This document shows, in pieces, positions 19,201 to 26,826 of a stretch of 64,000 nt of DNA. Position numbers and translations under genes: made by a program. Location of the stretch: the NCBI GenBank assembly GCA_965220485.1, contig OZ244832.1:4475068-4539067 (forward strand), read 5' to 3'. The notes under the pieces were generated by a model. The model searched no databases, was not told the DNA's origin, and saw only the letters and a list, made by a program, of their open reading frames with translations. Each line of letters opens with the position of its first letter. Position 1 is the first letter of the stretch. The stretch is from Candidatus Aldehydirespirator sp. GTDB lineage: Bacteria > Actinomycetota > Acidimicrobiia > Acidimicrobiales > Aldehydirespiratoraceae.

Positions 19201-19871
19201 TTCGATCATCATATCTGGAGGCGGCAGCCGCCATTTGTCTTCAGAGTCAGATCAATCCTATGGAGCACGGTTGGCTCAGGAAGTGGATCTCTAGAATGGA
19301 CGCGAGCGGTCGCTGCGAGTGGGCTAGGATCGTGGCCTGGATGTTGTCGGAGATGTCGGCAGACGCCGCTGACGTTCACTGGTCGAGATGGATAAAAGGC
19401 TACTGGCAGAATCGAGTTGACAGCATCCCGCTGGCCCTCACGCCGGATGAGTCATCAGCGATGGTCGAGTGGACGGTACTGTTGGAAGCTGGTTTCACGG
19501 AAGCCGTTGAATTGGTAGCTTCCACCGAAGCCAGCTTTGTGAGGGAATCTCATATTCCTTCAGTGCTTTTAGATCACGCTGGGGCTGATGGCGACCGCTC
19601 GCGGCCGGATCATATCGCCCTTGAACCGCTAGTCGTGCGCGACCTCCTCGCGCATCTTCTCTCTAACAGCGAGACCACGGCTGATGACGATGGTCCTTGG
19701 AGCATCACGGACGCTGTCGAGCGGCTCGACCGAGCCCTCGACGAAGACGAGATGAAGCCCATATTGAACGAGCTGCTCAGACTCGGACACGAGGAGTTTG
19801 TCTCATGGCTTCAATCTCGGGAGCGAACGCAACAGGATCTCTTGTCGCCGGTGGGGTCGCCGCCTGGCTGA
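16299..19871 (+). CDS. DSR1-like antiphage protein: N-terminal SIR2 (SIR2_2/ThsA-type, NADase) domain + ~900-aa alpha-helical repeat C-terminal region
   Basis: The SIR2_2 motifs LVLFVGAGAS, IVTTNYDRCL, LVYLHGSV and VLFIGYSLKD are present. Total length is 1202 aa (tool ORF from 16263). GC is lower than its surroundings. Confidence 0.75.
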   Translation: MRVGSIELPEELVDAHAEGRLVLFVGAGASVAEPTCLPTYRELAEKLVEQSESLVCRASLDRPDIVLSKLKSDGVDVHGCVHKLISDPQDRPAPRSNKLHQAIASLATASPQVRIVTTNYDRCLSNCLPEGVDEYEAHALPEQDEFTGLVYLHGSVRLPLERLIVTGDDLGRHYLSNHGAARFLELMFRNLSVLFIGYSLKDTLMDYLVRGLRSDRIYVLTNKPQASQWHQLRITPIGCESHDKLPGIVQDWADLSRMSMLDHQQRVRRIVSGSPPLTPGDDSYLHDIVSDTRRRGLFIGQARGLDWLHWMSSKPPFKELLDPFVSPERIDHRLAQWFADHYAANEDSTTEALSLIVDAGGTLNRELWMAIAQSLRLQSGTRSEAMDRWLALLVEATPPSRGQDHVLLLSLLLDGCDPERDRAAVLLLLDRVLEPALQMRRDQGARVVVPLCRNSLAEHRFDQIKPYMSALALDLAPIVDRQLRRAHWLQRAIHSRTEQYDSTTVQLMAQLGQDVSHVTDREFFDSTSHRRKAIESHSRNKLACGIDLLIDVARDVLELLVERSPTIAGSYLESWSGAESALLRRLSVHGWCERTDVTADEKLKWLTNDDWLDDRDAHHEVMRLIATVAPSASEGALGGLIERASSDSVGWRELRLLGWIARHAPQSIAARRAFEAAKRAHTQWKMPKDADFRGGEITGGHIPLLPIREAHELHELIRQEPPEAVALLQKYADVDDWEAPGWLSAMDALRATVEEHPDDGVSVLEVIADDTEIDAAVSQSIAETVFGVLSRIEQSRSQIDQLQAVLPKVWKTGLERFNPQSHVVSPSRWIDAAINHWAGKLAELWIAIIAAQWRNAGETWAGLCNTTSAALRELLADDSQASHHAQAVLASKVAYLFAADQKWCQDNLLHRFDSERDSLQAFRFWDGLLGSGQLSDDLLQAGLLDYFVGFSRQLEGGEERTGGGDESIRSSYLEAAAAICLQSQINPMEHGWLRKWISRMDASGRCEWARIVAWMLSEMSADAADVHWSRWIKGYWQNRVDSIPLALTPDESSAMVEWTVLLEAGFTEAVELVASTEASFVRESHIPSVLLDHAGADGDRSRPDHIALEPLVVRDLLAHLLSNSETTADDDGPWSITDAVERLDRALDEDEMKPILNELLRLGHEEFVSWLQSRERTQQDLLSPVGSPPG

Positions 19872-19905
19872 GCACAAGCCTCTCAGCAGATGAACAGGCA
19901 ATGCT

Positions 19906-20385
19906 GTGAGGGTTGCGCGGACTCGCGCCTTCGATCAGTGGCTGGAGGACATCACCGACATCAGGTCTCCGGTGTACTTGGGCGAGTCGTGCCGACATGT
20001 GCAAGATCAGGTCGAGGCACTGATCGACATCCTATCGGCTGCCGAACACCCCGTCGGCAGGCCGGATGGTGCGCCGCTGCGGGGCAGTCGGTACGCGCTG
20101 CACGAACTGAGATGGCCGCGGCTGGATCGAGGTGAAGGCCCGGACGTTCGGAGCGGACAGCCGGTTGTACGCGTGTTCTACGGGCTGGTGGGCAGAAGAT
20201 TCGAGCGTGCCGGGAGCCGAGGCCCGATCGCAGTCATGCTGCTCGGCGGAAACAAGACGTCGGCGATCGCGGGGTCCGGCTCACAGGATCGATGGTATGC
20301 GGATCACATCCGTCTCGCAGAGGCGCGCCTCGAACAGTGGTGCGCTGACCATCCCACGCTGATGCCTATCCGGGCGAGCCGATAG
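19906..20385 (+). CDS. RelE/ParE-superfamily 'addiction module killer' protein (COG3657/TIGR02683-like), orphan (no adjacent antitoxin)
   Basis: The N-terminus …FDQWLEDITD… is followed by …ELRW…PVVRVFYGLVG…IAVMLLGGNKTS…WYADHIRLAEARLEQW. No HTH antitoxin ORF lies between it and the convergent hydrolase gene. Confidence 0.5.
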   Translation: MRVARTRAFDQWLEDITDIRSPVYLGESCRHVQDQVEALIDILSAAEHPVGRPDGAPLRGSRYALHELRWPRLDRGEGPDVRSGQPVVRVFYGLVGRRFERAGSRGPIAVMLLGGNKTSAIAGSGSQDRWYADHIRLAEARLEQWCADHPTLMPIRASR

Positions 20386-20423
20386 CCGTCCGGCGCGTCC
20401 GTGGGACGCAAGTCCAGCCGCCG

Positions 20424-21374
20424 CTAGGAGTTGACCACTGCCTCCACGATCAGGTCGATGACTGCATGGGCGTCGGCGTCCCACACCACGTCGTGGGCGG
20501 GCGGAGCTGGCTCAGCGGCGATGGCGGCCGGAGGGCGCACGTCGGTGACGGTCATGCCTCGGGTGTGCTCACCGCGCAACTCCACCGTCACCGGGTGGCG
20601 CGACCGGCGGAACAGGTGCGGGTGCGTGACGCAGATGACGGCCGTGGCGTCATGCACCGGGGCCGCTTCCAGGCCGAACTCCCGGCACCGGTCGTAGGCG
20701 AACTCCAGGAGGCCGGCCGCGAAGTCGGCCGCCGGGGTACCGGCTGAGCGCATCCGGGCCGCTTCGTCGCCTCCGAGCAGCACCCTGTGGGTGACGTCGA
20801 GGCCGACCATGGTGATCGGCGCCGCCTCGGAGAACACGATGGCGGCCGCCTCGGGGTCGGCCCACACATTGAACTCGGCTACGGAGGTGACGTTGCCGGT
20901 GTGGGCGCCGCCCCCCATGATGGTGAGCCCGGCCAGATGGCTCCGCAGGTCGGGGTCGCGCCTCAGCGCGAGGGCCACGTTGGTGAGGGGCCCGACCGCC
21001 ACCAGGTGCAGGTCGTCGACGGAGCGGGCCATGTCGCACAGGTAGGCCACGGCGTCCTCGGAGGCCACGGTCCGGGTCAGCTCGGGCAGGGCCACGTCTC
21101 CCAGCCCGGTGGCCCCGTGGATGCGGGCCGCGTCCATGGTGGGGGCGATCAGCGGCCGGGCCGAGCCCCGGTGCACGGGTACCTCCAGGCTGGCGATCTG
21201 CGCGGTCACCAGCGCGTTGTGGGTGGTGTGCTCGATGCCCACGTTGCCGTTGACGGCAGTGATCCCCACCAGCTCGCCGTGGTGGGCCGCGGTGAGGATG
21301 GCGATGGCGTCGTCGAGCCCAGGGTCGCAGTCCAGAACGATCCGGGGCCGGGCCGGTGCCGCGTCGACGGTCAC
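20424..21374 (-). CDS. inosine-uridine preferring nucleoside hydrolase (IUNH/Rih family)
   Basis: The 316-aa ORF has the signature RIVLDCDPGLDDAIAIL and the Ca-binding Asp cluster. Confidence 0.9.
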   Translation of the reverse strand: MTVDAAPARPRIVLDCDPGLDDAIAILTAAHHGELVGITAVNGNVGIEHTTHNALVTAQIASLEVPVHRGSARPLIAPTMDAARIHGATGLGDVALPELTRTVASEDAVAYLCDMARSVDDLHLVAVGPLTNVALALRRDPDLRSHLAGLTIMGGGAHTGNVTSVAEFNVWADPEAAAIVFSEAAPITMVGLDVTHRVLLGGDEAARMRSAGTPAADFAAGLLEFAYDRCREFGLEAAPVHDATAVICVTHPHLFRRSRHPVTVELRGEHTRGMTVTDVRPPAAIAAEPAPPAHDVVWDADAHAVIDLIVEAVVNS

Positions 21375-21383
21375 GGGCCGAGC

Positions 21384-22361
21384 CTAGGCGCCGAGCAGGC
21401 GATCGACCTCGTCCCTTGTCGGCAGGGAGGGCTGGGCACCGGGTCGCAGCGTGGCGGCGGTGCCCACCCGCACGGCCCAGCGGGCCGCACCCACTAGATC
21501 GGCTCCGTCCGCCAGGGCGTCGGCGAGCGCTCCGCAGAAGGCGTCGCCAGCTGCGGTGGTGTCGACCGGCACGACCGCCGGCGCGGGCACGTGAGTTGCC
21601 TCGCTGGGTGTGACGACCATCGCCCCGGCCGCTCCCAGGGTCACCACCACGGCCGCGACCGGCAGCCCGCGGGCCAGTGCCACTGCGGTCGCGGGGTCCA
21701 CGTCGCCGATGGCGGACAGTCCGGCGTGGCCGGCCATCGTGGCCAACTCGGTCTGGTTGGGCACGAGCACGTCCACGCCGTCGAGCACATCGGGGGGCAA
21801 CGGCGCGGCCGGTGCAGGAGCGGGATTCAGCACCACGAGGCCACGGGCGGTACTCACCGCGGCCGCAACCGCCTCGAGGGGCACCTCGAGCTGCAGCAGC
21901 ACCACCGCCGCGGCCTTGACCGCCTCGGCGGACTCCGCCACATCGGCGGCGCTGACGCGGCCGTTGGCGCCCGGGCTCACCACGACGGTGTTGTCGCCGT
22001 CGGCGCCCACCGCGATCAGCGCGAGGCCACTCGGGGTGTCGGTGGTGGTGTGCAGGCTGGTCGTGTCGACGTCGGCGGAGGCAAGCGCCGTCCTCAGGAT
22101 CGATCCAGCGTCGTCGTCGCCGACCCGTCCTACCATGGCCACTCGCCGGCCGAGGCGGGCCGCGGCGACGGCCTGGTTGGCGCCCTTGCCGCCGGGGATT
22201 TGTCGCAGATCGCCGCCGAGCACGGTCTCGCCCGCCACCGGGATCGTTGCCACGTCCACCACCAAGTCGAGGTTGGCGCTCCCCACCACGACCACCTCGG
22301 CGCGAGCGCTCTCCTGCCCGTCTCTGCAGGCAGTCCCGGTCGCGTCGTGCGCCTCGCTCAT
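21384..22361 (-). CDS. rbsK: ribokinase (PfkB family)
   Basis: The 325-aa protein starts at ATG 22361 behind a GGGAGGTG RBS. It has VVVVGSANLDL, the GG dipeptide, and the anion hole DTTAAGDAF. The 499-aa tool ORF is a run-on. Confidence 0.85.
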   Translation of the reverse strand: MSEAHDATGTACRDGQESARAEVVVVGSANLDLVVDVATIPVAGETVLGGDLRQIPGGKGANQAVAAARLGRRVAMVGRVGDDDAGSILRTALASADVDTTSLHTTTDTPSGLALIAVGADGDNTVVVSPGANGRVSAADVAESAEAVKAAAVVLLQLEVPLEAVAAAVSTARGLVVLNPAPAPAAPLPPDVLDGVDVLVPNQTELATMAGHAGLSAIGDVDPATAVALARGLPVAAVVVTLGAAGAMVVTPSEATHVPAPAVVPVDTTAAGDAFCGALADALADGADLVGAARWAVRVGTAATLRPGAQPSLPTRDEVDRLLGA

Positions 22362-22427
22362 CGCCACCTCCCGCTTCACACAGTCACACTGCTTCCCCAC
22401 TGTAGGGTCGCCGGCATGGACCGGCTG

Positions 22428-22835
22428 CTTGAGTTTGCTGGCGGGGCCGTTCCGGCGGAGGCTGTGACTTGGCGCTTCGGCCCCTCGGGCGGGCCCGGCG
22501 GCCAGCACGCCAACCGGTCGAGCACGCGGGTGGAGGCTGTCCTCGACCTCACAACGGCTGGCGACATGGTGCCGGAGGCCCGTGAGCGGCTCATCGACCA
22601 GTTCGGTGCCGAGATGCGGGTGGTGGTGGACGACACGCGGTCGCAGGCTCGCAACCGCGACATTGCGCTCGACCGTCTGCAGGCGCGGCTTCGCGACGGT
22701 GTCGCCGTCACCAAGCCGAGGAAGCCGACCCGCCCGTCGGGGCGGTCCCGCCGACGTCGCCTCGACAAGAAGCGCCAGCGGTCCGAGACCAAGCGAGGCC
22801 GAGGCCGCATCGACCTGTCCGACATCGACGGCTAG
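22428..22835 (+). CDS. arfB: alternative ribosome-rescue factor ArfB (peptidyl-tRNA hydrolase, GGQ motif)
   Basis: The 135-aa protein has PSGGPGGQHANRSSTRV and a basic C-terminal tail (KPRKPTRPSGRSRRRRLDKKRQRSETKRGRGR). It is divergent from rbsK. Confidence 0.85.
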   Translation, partial: LEFAGGAVPAEAVTWRFGPSGGPGGQHANRSSTRVEAVLDLTTAGDMVPEARERLIDQFGAEMRVVVDDTRSQARNRDIALDRLQARLRDGVAVTKPRKPTRPSGRSRRRRLDKKRQRSETKRGRGRIDLSDIDG

Positions 22836-23101
22836 CAGCGCCGCCGGTTCGGGTTCGGGGGGCGGCCGCGCTCCACGTCGCATCGACCTGTCCAGCTTCG
22901 ACGGCTAGCTGTGTGAACCGTCCGGTTGGCCGGCCGTGAACCGCCGACTTGCATGCGGGTGCCGGCGGCGGCACGGGCGGTGAGCGCAGTACCGGAATCA
23001 AAAGTTGACTGAACTGGTCGGTTTTTGGCTGGCGGGGTTCTACACTCCCCCGACACCACGCGCTCACCCGGAGCGGTGGAGGTAGGGAGACGTGCATCCA
23101 A

Positions 23102-23668
23102 TTGGCAACCAACACAACCACCGCACCCGCCGACAACGGCGTGAACGTCCAAGCGCTGCTCGGCGCCCGCCAGGCTCTCAGCGGGGCACCCGAGGCGGCT
23201 CAGTTCACCTGGAAGGCCAGCAACGAATGGTTGTACGGCACCCACAGCCGCTCCTCGGTCGAGAGCTACTTCGGGCTCGGGGCCGAGCACGATCATCGCT
23301 CGGTCTTTACCTTCGAGGCCGATCATCCCGAGGTGTTCGCGGCTGAGGACAACGCGGCCACGCCGGTCGAGCTGGTTCTGGTGGGCTTGGCCAGCTGCCT
23401 CACCGCCGGGGTGGCTGCCGTGGCCCAGAATCGTGACATCCAGCTCCGATCGGTGAAGGCCACTCTCGAGGGCAGCATGGACATCCTGGGCATCCTCGGC
23501 GGTGACGCGGATGTCCGCAACGGTTTCAACGGCGTCAAGGTCTCCTACGACATCGACGCGGACGCCACCCCGGACGAGATCCGAGCCTTGGTGGCCCAGT
23601 CGCAGAAGCGGTCGGCCGTCTACGACATCATTACCAATCCGACCAATGTGACCGTCAAGGTCAACTGA
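23102..23668 (+). CDS. OsmC/Ohr-family peroxiredoxin-like protein
   Basis: The 188-aa ORF (TTG start) has an OsmC fold signature with two conserved Cys (…LVGLASCLTAG…). Confidence 0.7.
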   Translation: MATNTTTAPADNGVNVQALLGARQALSGAPEAAQFTWKASNEWLYGTHSRSSVESYFGLGAEHDHRSVFTFEADHPEVFAAEDNAATPVELVLVGLASCLTAGVAAVAQNRDIQLRSVKATLEGSMDILGILGGDADVRNGFNGVKVSYDIDADATPDEIRALVAQSQKRSAVYDIITNPTNVTVKVN

Positions 23669-23690
23669 CGGACTCACAGCCGGCGGACTC

Positions 23691-24995
23691 ATGAGGACGA
23701 CGACCGTCGTCATCGGGGCCGGGCACTCCGGCTTGGCGGTGAGCCGGCTGCTCACCGGGTGCTCGATCGACCATGTCGTGGTCGAGCGGGGCGAGGTGGC
23801 CAACTCGTGGCGCACCCAGCGCTGGGATTCGCTGCGGCTGCTCACGCCCAACTGGCAGAGCCGGCTGCCGGGATTCTCCTACGGCGGCAACGATCCCGAC
23901 GGCTACATGTCCATGCCGGAGGTGATCGAGTTCATGTCGGGCTACGCACGGCTCGTCGACGCTCCGGTGTTGACCCGCACCACGGTCACGTCGGTGCGAT
24001 CCGGCGGGGCCGGCTATGTAGTCGACACCGACCACGGCCGCTGGGAATGCGAGACCGTGGTGCTGGCCACCGGCGGGTTCAACGTGGCCAAGGTGCCGCC
24101 GCTGGGCGGTGCGCCGCCGGTGCCGGTCACTGCCTTGAGCGCCTTCGAGTACCGCAATCCCGACGGGCTGGCCCCCGGCGGGGTGCTGGTGGTGGGCGCC
24201 TCGGCCACGGGCGTGCAGATCGCCGATGAGCTGCATCGCTCCGGCCGTGGTGTCACGTTGGCCGTCGGCGAGCATGTACGCATGCCTCGCCTGTACCGGG
24301 GCCGCGACATCTTCTGGTGGATGGAGTGCTCCGGCCTGCTCGACGAGCGCTACGACGAGGTCGACGACATCATGCGGGTGCGTCGCACGCCGTCGCCGCA
24401 GCTGGTGGGGACCCCCGAACGGGCCACGCTCGATCTCAATGCCCTCACCGACCAGGGGGTGCGGCTGGTGGGCCGGCTCTCGGCTCTGCGGGATGGCGAG
24501 GCGCTGCTGTCGGGTTCGCTGGCCAACAAGTGCGAGCTGGCCGACCTCAAGCTGGGCCGGCTCCTGGACACATTCGACGAATGGGCGACAGAGCGCCACC
24601 TCGACGACGTGGGACCGCCGGAGCGCTTCGCGCCGACCAGGGTGGGGATGTCGCCGCCTTTGAGGCTGGACCTGGCCCGCGGGGAGATCCGAACCATCAT
24701 CTGGGCCACAGGGTTCAGGCCCGACTACCCCTGGCTCGACGTGCCGGTGCTGAACCACAAGGGCCGGATCCGCCATGACGGCGGCATCGTCACCGAGTCC
24801 CCCGGTCTGTACGTGATCGGGCTGAACTTCCTGCGCCGGCGCAAGTCGAGCTTCATCCACGGCGCCGAGGACGACGCCCGGGATCTAGTCTCGCATCTGG
24901 CCGCCTACCTCGACTCCCAGGTCCCGGCCGGCCGGTCGACCACCGGGTCGAGCCGGCGGCGGATGGTCGAGCCGGCTGCGGCGGCTAGCGGGTGA
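23691..24995 (+). CDS. FAD/NAD(P)-binding flavin-dependent oxidoreductase (MSMEG_0569/CzcO-like monooxygenase family)
   Basis: Rossmann motifs VVIGAGHSGLA and VVGASATGVQIA are present, and the length is 434 aa. Confidence 0.7.
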   Translation: MRTTTVVIGAGHSGLAVSRLLTGCSIDHVVVERGEVANSWRTQRWDSLRLLTPNWQSRLPGFSYGGNDPDGYMSMPEVIEFMSGYARLVDAPVLTRTTVTSVRSGGAGYVVDTDHGRWECETVVLATGGFNVAKVPPLGGAPPVPVTALSAFEYRNPDGLAPGGVLVVGASATGVQIADELHRSGRGVTLAVGEHVRMPRLYRGRDIFWWMECSGLLDERYDEVDDIMRVRRTPSPQLVGTPERATLDLNALTDQGVRLVGRLSALRDGEALLSGSLANKCELADLKLGRLLDTFDEWATERHLDDVGPPERFAPTRVGMSPPLRLDLARGEIRTIIWATGFRPDYPWLDVPVLNHKGRIRHDGGIVTESPGLYVIGLNFLRRRKSSFIHGAEDDARDLVSHLAAYLDSQVPAGRSTTGSSRRRMVEPAAAASG

Positions 24996-25026
24996 TGGGC
25001 TCGAGCACGGGCCCGCCCGCCGCGGA

Positions 25027-26826
25027 TCAGCCCTCGGCGGCAGCTACGAACGGGACCTGGAAGGTGCCGCCGATCACTTCCTGCTGACGGGTCTCGAAGA
25101 GATTCATCGCCTCGGCGGAGATGGAGGCTGCGCTGTAGTCGGGGTTGATCTGGACCTCGAAGCCACCGTCGCTCATCAGCACGTCGTAGGTGAGCTGGAA
25201 GTTGCCGGCCTTGATGTCCTCCACCATCCGGCGGTAGGTCTCGCCAATCTGCCAGGCCATGGACGCCACCACGTTGTCGGGGGCCAGGGCCGACTCGTCG
25301 TACACGTAGCCGAAGGCCGACAGCCCCTGCTCGCGGGCCTCCTGGATCATGCCGAATGATCCGGCGTTGCCGCAGGCCACGAACACGTCCGCGCCCTGCT
25401 CGGCCTGGGCCGCGGTGGCCTCCTTGGCCAGCGCGGCGTCCACCCAGGAGCCCAGGAACGCGTCGAGGCGCGTGGCGTCGGGTCGCACCTCTTGCACGCC
25501 GAGCAGGAACGCCTCGACGGTGGCACGGCACACGGGAATGTCGTAGCCCGCGTTTGCGCCGATCACGCCCGACTCCGTGATGCCGCCGGCGAGGATGCCC
25601 GAGAGGTACGCGGGCTCGTGCATCGGCATGAAGTAGTCGGTGATGTTGGGGCCCTCCACGCCGCAGAAGCCGCCGCAGGATCCCTGCCAGGCGAACTTGA
25701 CGTCGGGATAGTCCGGCGCCATCTCATGGATGGGCGCTCCATAGTCGAAGGAGTGGCCGATCACGAGCTGCACGCCCTCCTCGGCGAATCCGCTCATCAC
25801 CCGCGTCGCGCCCTGGGCGTCGAAGGGGGCGTCGTCCACGAACTGCACGTCGATCAGGCCCTCGGACTCGAGCAGCTTGACGCCCTCGTAGGCGGCCTGG
25901 CACCAGGACAGGTCATTGAGGGCGCAGGGCAGCAGGATGGCCACGCTCACCTTCTCGTCCGCCATAGCTTCGGGTTTCTCGGCTTCGGGTTCCTCGGCGG
26001 CGGGTTCCTCGGCGGCGGGCTCGGGTTCCTCGGCCGCGGGGGCCGTCGTGGGCGCGGGCTCGGGCGCAGCCTCCTCGGTGGCGTCGCGGTTCAGCCCCAT
26101 CATCCGGGTGTGGAACCCGAACGGGGTCCGCCTCAGGACGTAGGCCACCACGGGGATCAGCCCGAGTCCGATCAGCAATCCGATGTGGACCCGCAGGCCC
26201 GGCACGTCGGGCAGCCGGGCCGCGTCGGGAAGCGTCTCGGACACCGGCTGGAAGCCGACTGGGTCTCGCAGCGGCTTGCGGATCGTGTACTCGAGGGTCC
26301 GCAGAGCCACGTAATTCAACAGCAGCGAGGAGATGACCTCGTTCACGCTCCAGCGGGCCCGCAGGAAGCCGACCACCCAGCCCCAAGCACCCCCGGCTGC
26401 GGCCCCGACTATGCAAGCGGCCGGGATCATGACCGCCTGGGCGCTGATCGGGGCATAGATGGCGAAGGCGCCGCCGGCCAAGGCCCCCATCAGGAGTTGG
26501 CCTTCGGCTCCGATGTTCCACACCCGAGCCCGGAACGCCACGGCCAGGCCGAGCCCGATCAACAACAGGGGAGCGGTCTCCACCAGCACGAGGCTGAAGC
26601 TGAAGCGCGAGCCGAAGGTGCCGCTGAACATGTCGGCGAAGGCCTGGAAGGGGTTGGCACCGGCAAGGGCCAGCAGCACCCCGCCCAGCACGAACGCGGT
26701 GGCGACCGCAGCTGCCGACAGCCCCAGGGAGCTGAGTCGGGAACTCCAGCCGGCGACGGTGCTGGCCGCGGTGCGCTCGCGGTCCGGCTGGTCCAAGGAA
26801 TCCACGGGGTTGACTTGAGCGGTCAC
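25027..26826 (-). CDS. unusual fusion: N-terminal half of a BMP-system ABC permease (~6 TM, through the GxNxxA loop) + Pro/Glu/Ala linker + complete BMP-family (PnrA/Med-like) substrate-binding domain
   Basis: This is a single 599-aa ORF. Its TM segments run to …HTRMMGLNRDAT. The linker EEAAPEPAPTTAPAAEEPEPAAEEPAAEEPEAEKPE follows. The C-terminal SBP domain KVSVAILLPCALNDLSWCQAAYEGV… then begins. Confidence 0.6.
   Translation of the reverse strand: MTAQVNPVDSLDQPDRERTAASTVAGWSSRLSSLGLSAAAVATAFVLGGVLLALAGANPFQAFADMFSGTFGSRFSFSLVLVETAPLLLIGLGLAVAFRARVWNIGAEGQLLMGALAGGAFAIYAPISAQAVMIPAACIVGAAAGGAWGWVVGFLRARWSVNEVISSLLLNYVALRTLEYTIRKPLRDPVGFQPVSETLPDAARLPDVPGLRVHIGLLIGLGLIPVVAYVLRRTPFGFHTRMMGLNRDATEEAAPEPAPTTAPAAEEPEPAAEEPAAEEPEAEKPEAMADEKVSVAILLPCALNDLSWCQAAYEGVKLLESEGLIDVQFVDDAPFDAQGATRVMSGFAEEGVQLVIGHSFDYGAPIHEMAPDYPDVKFAWQGSCGGFCGVEGPNITDYFMPMHEPAYLSGILAGGITESGVIGANAGYDIPVCRATVEAFLLGVQEVRPDATRLDAFLGSWVDAALAKEATAAQAEQGADVFVACGNAGSFGMIQEAREQGLSAFGYVYDESALAPDNVVASMAWQIGETYRRMVEDIKAGNFQLTYDVLMSDGGFEVQINPDYSAASISAEAMNLFETRQQEVIGGTFQVPFVAAAEG

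Noticed and set aside
21384-22883. 499-aa ribokinase ORF and overlapping 414-aa plus-strand ORF 21591-22835
   Set aside because: Ribokinase starts at the internal ATG 22361, which has a good RBS. The plus-strand ORF is antisense junk except its last 135 codons, which are arfB.
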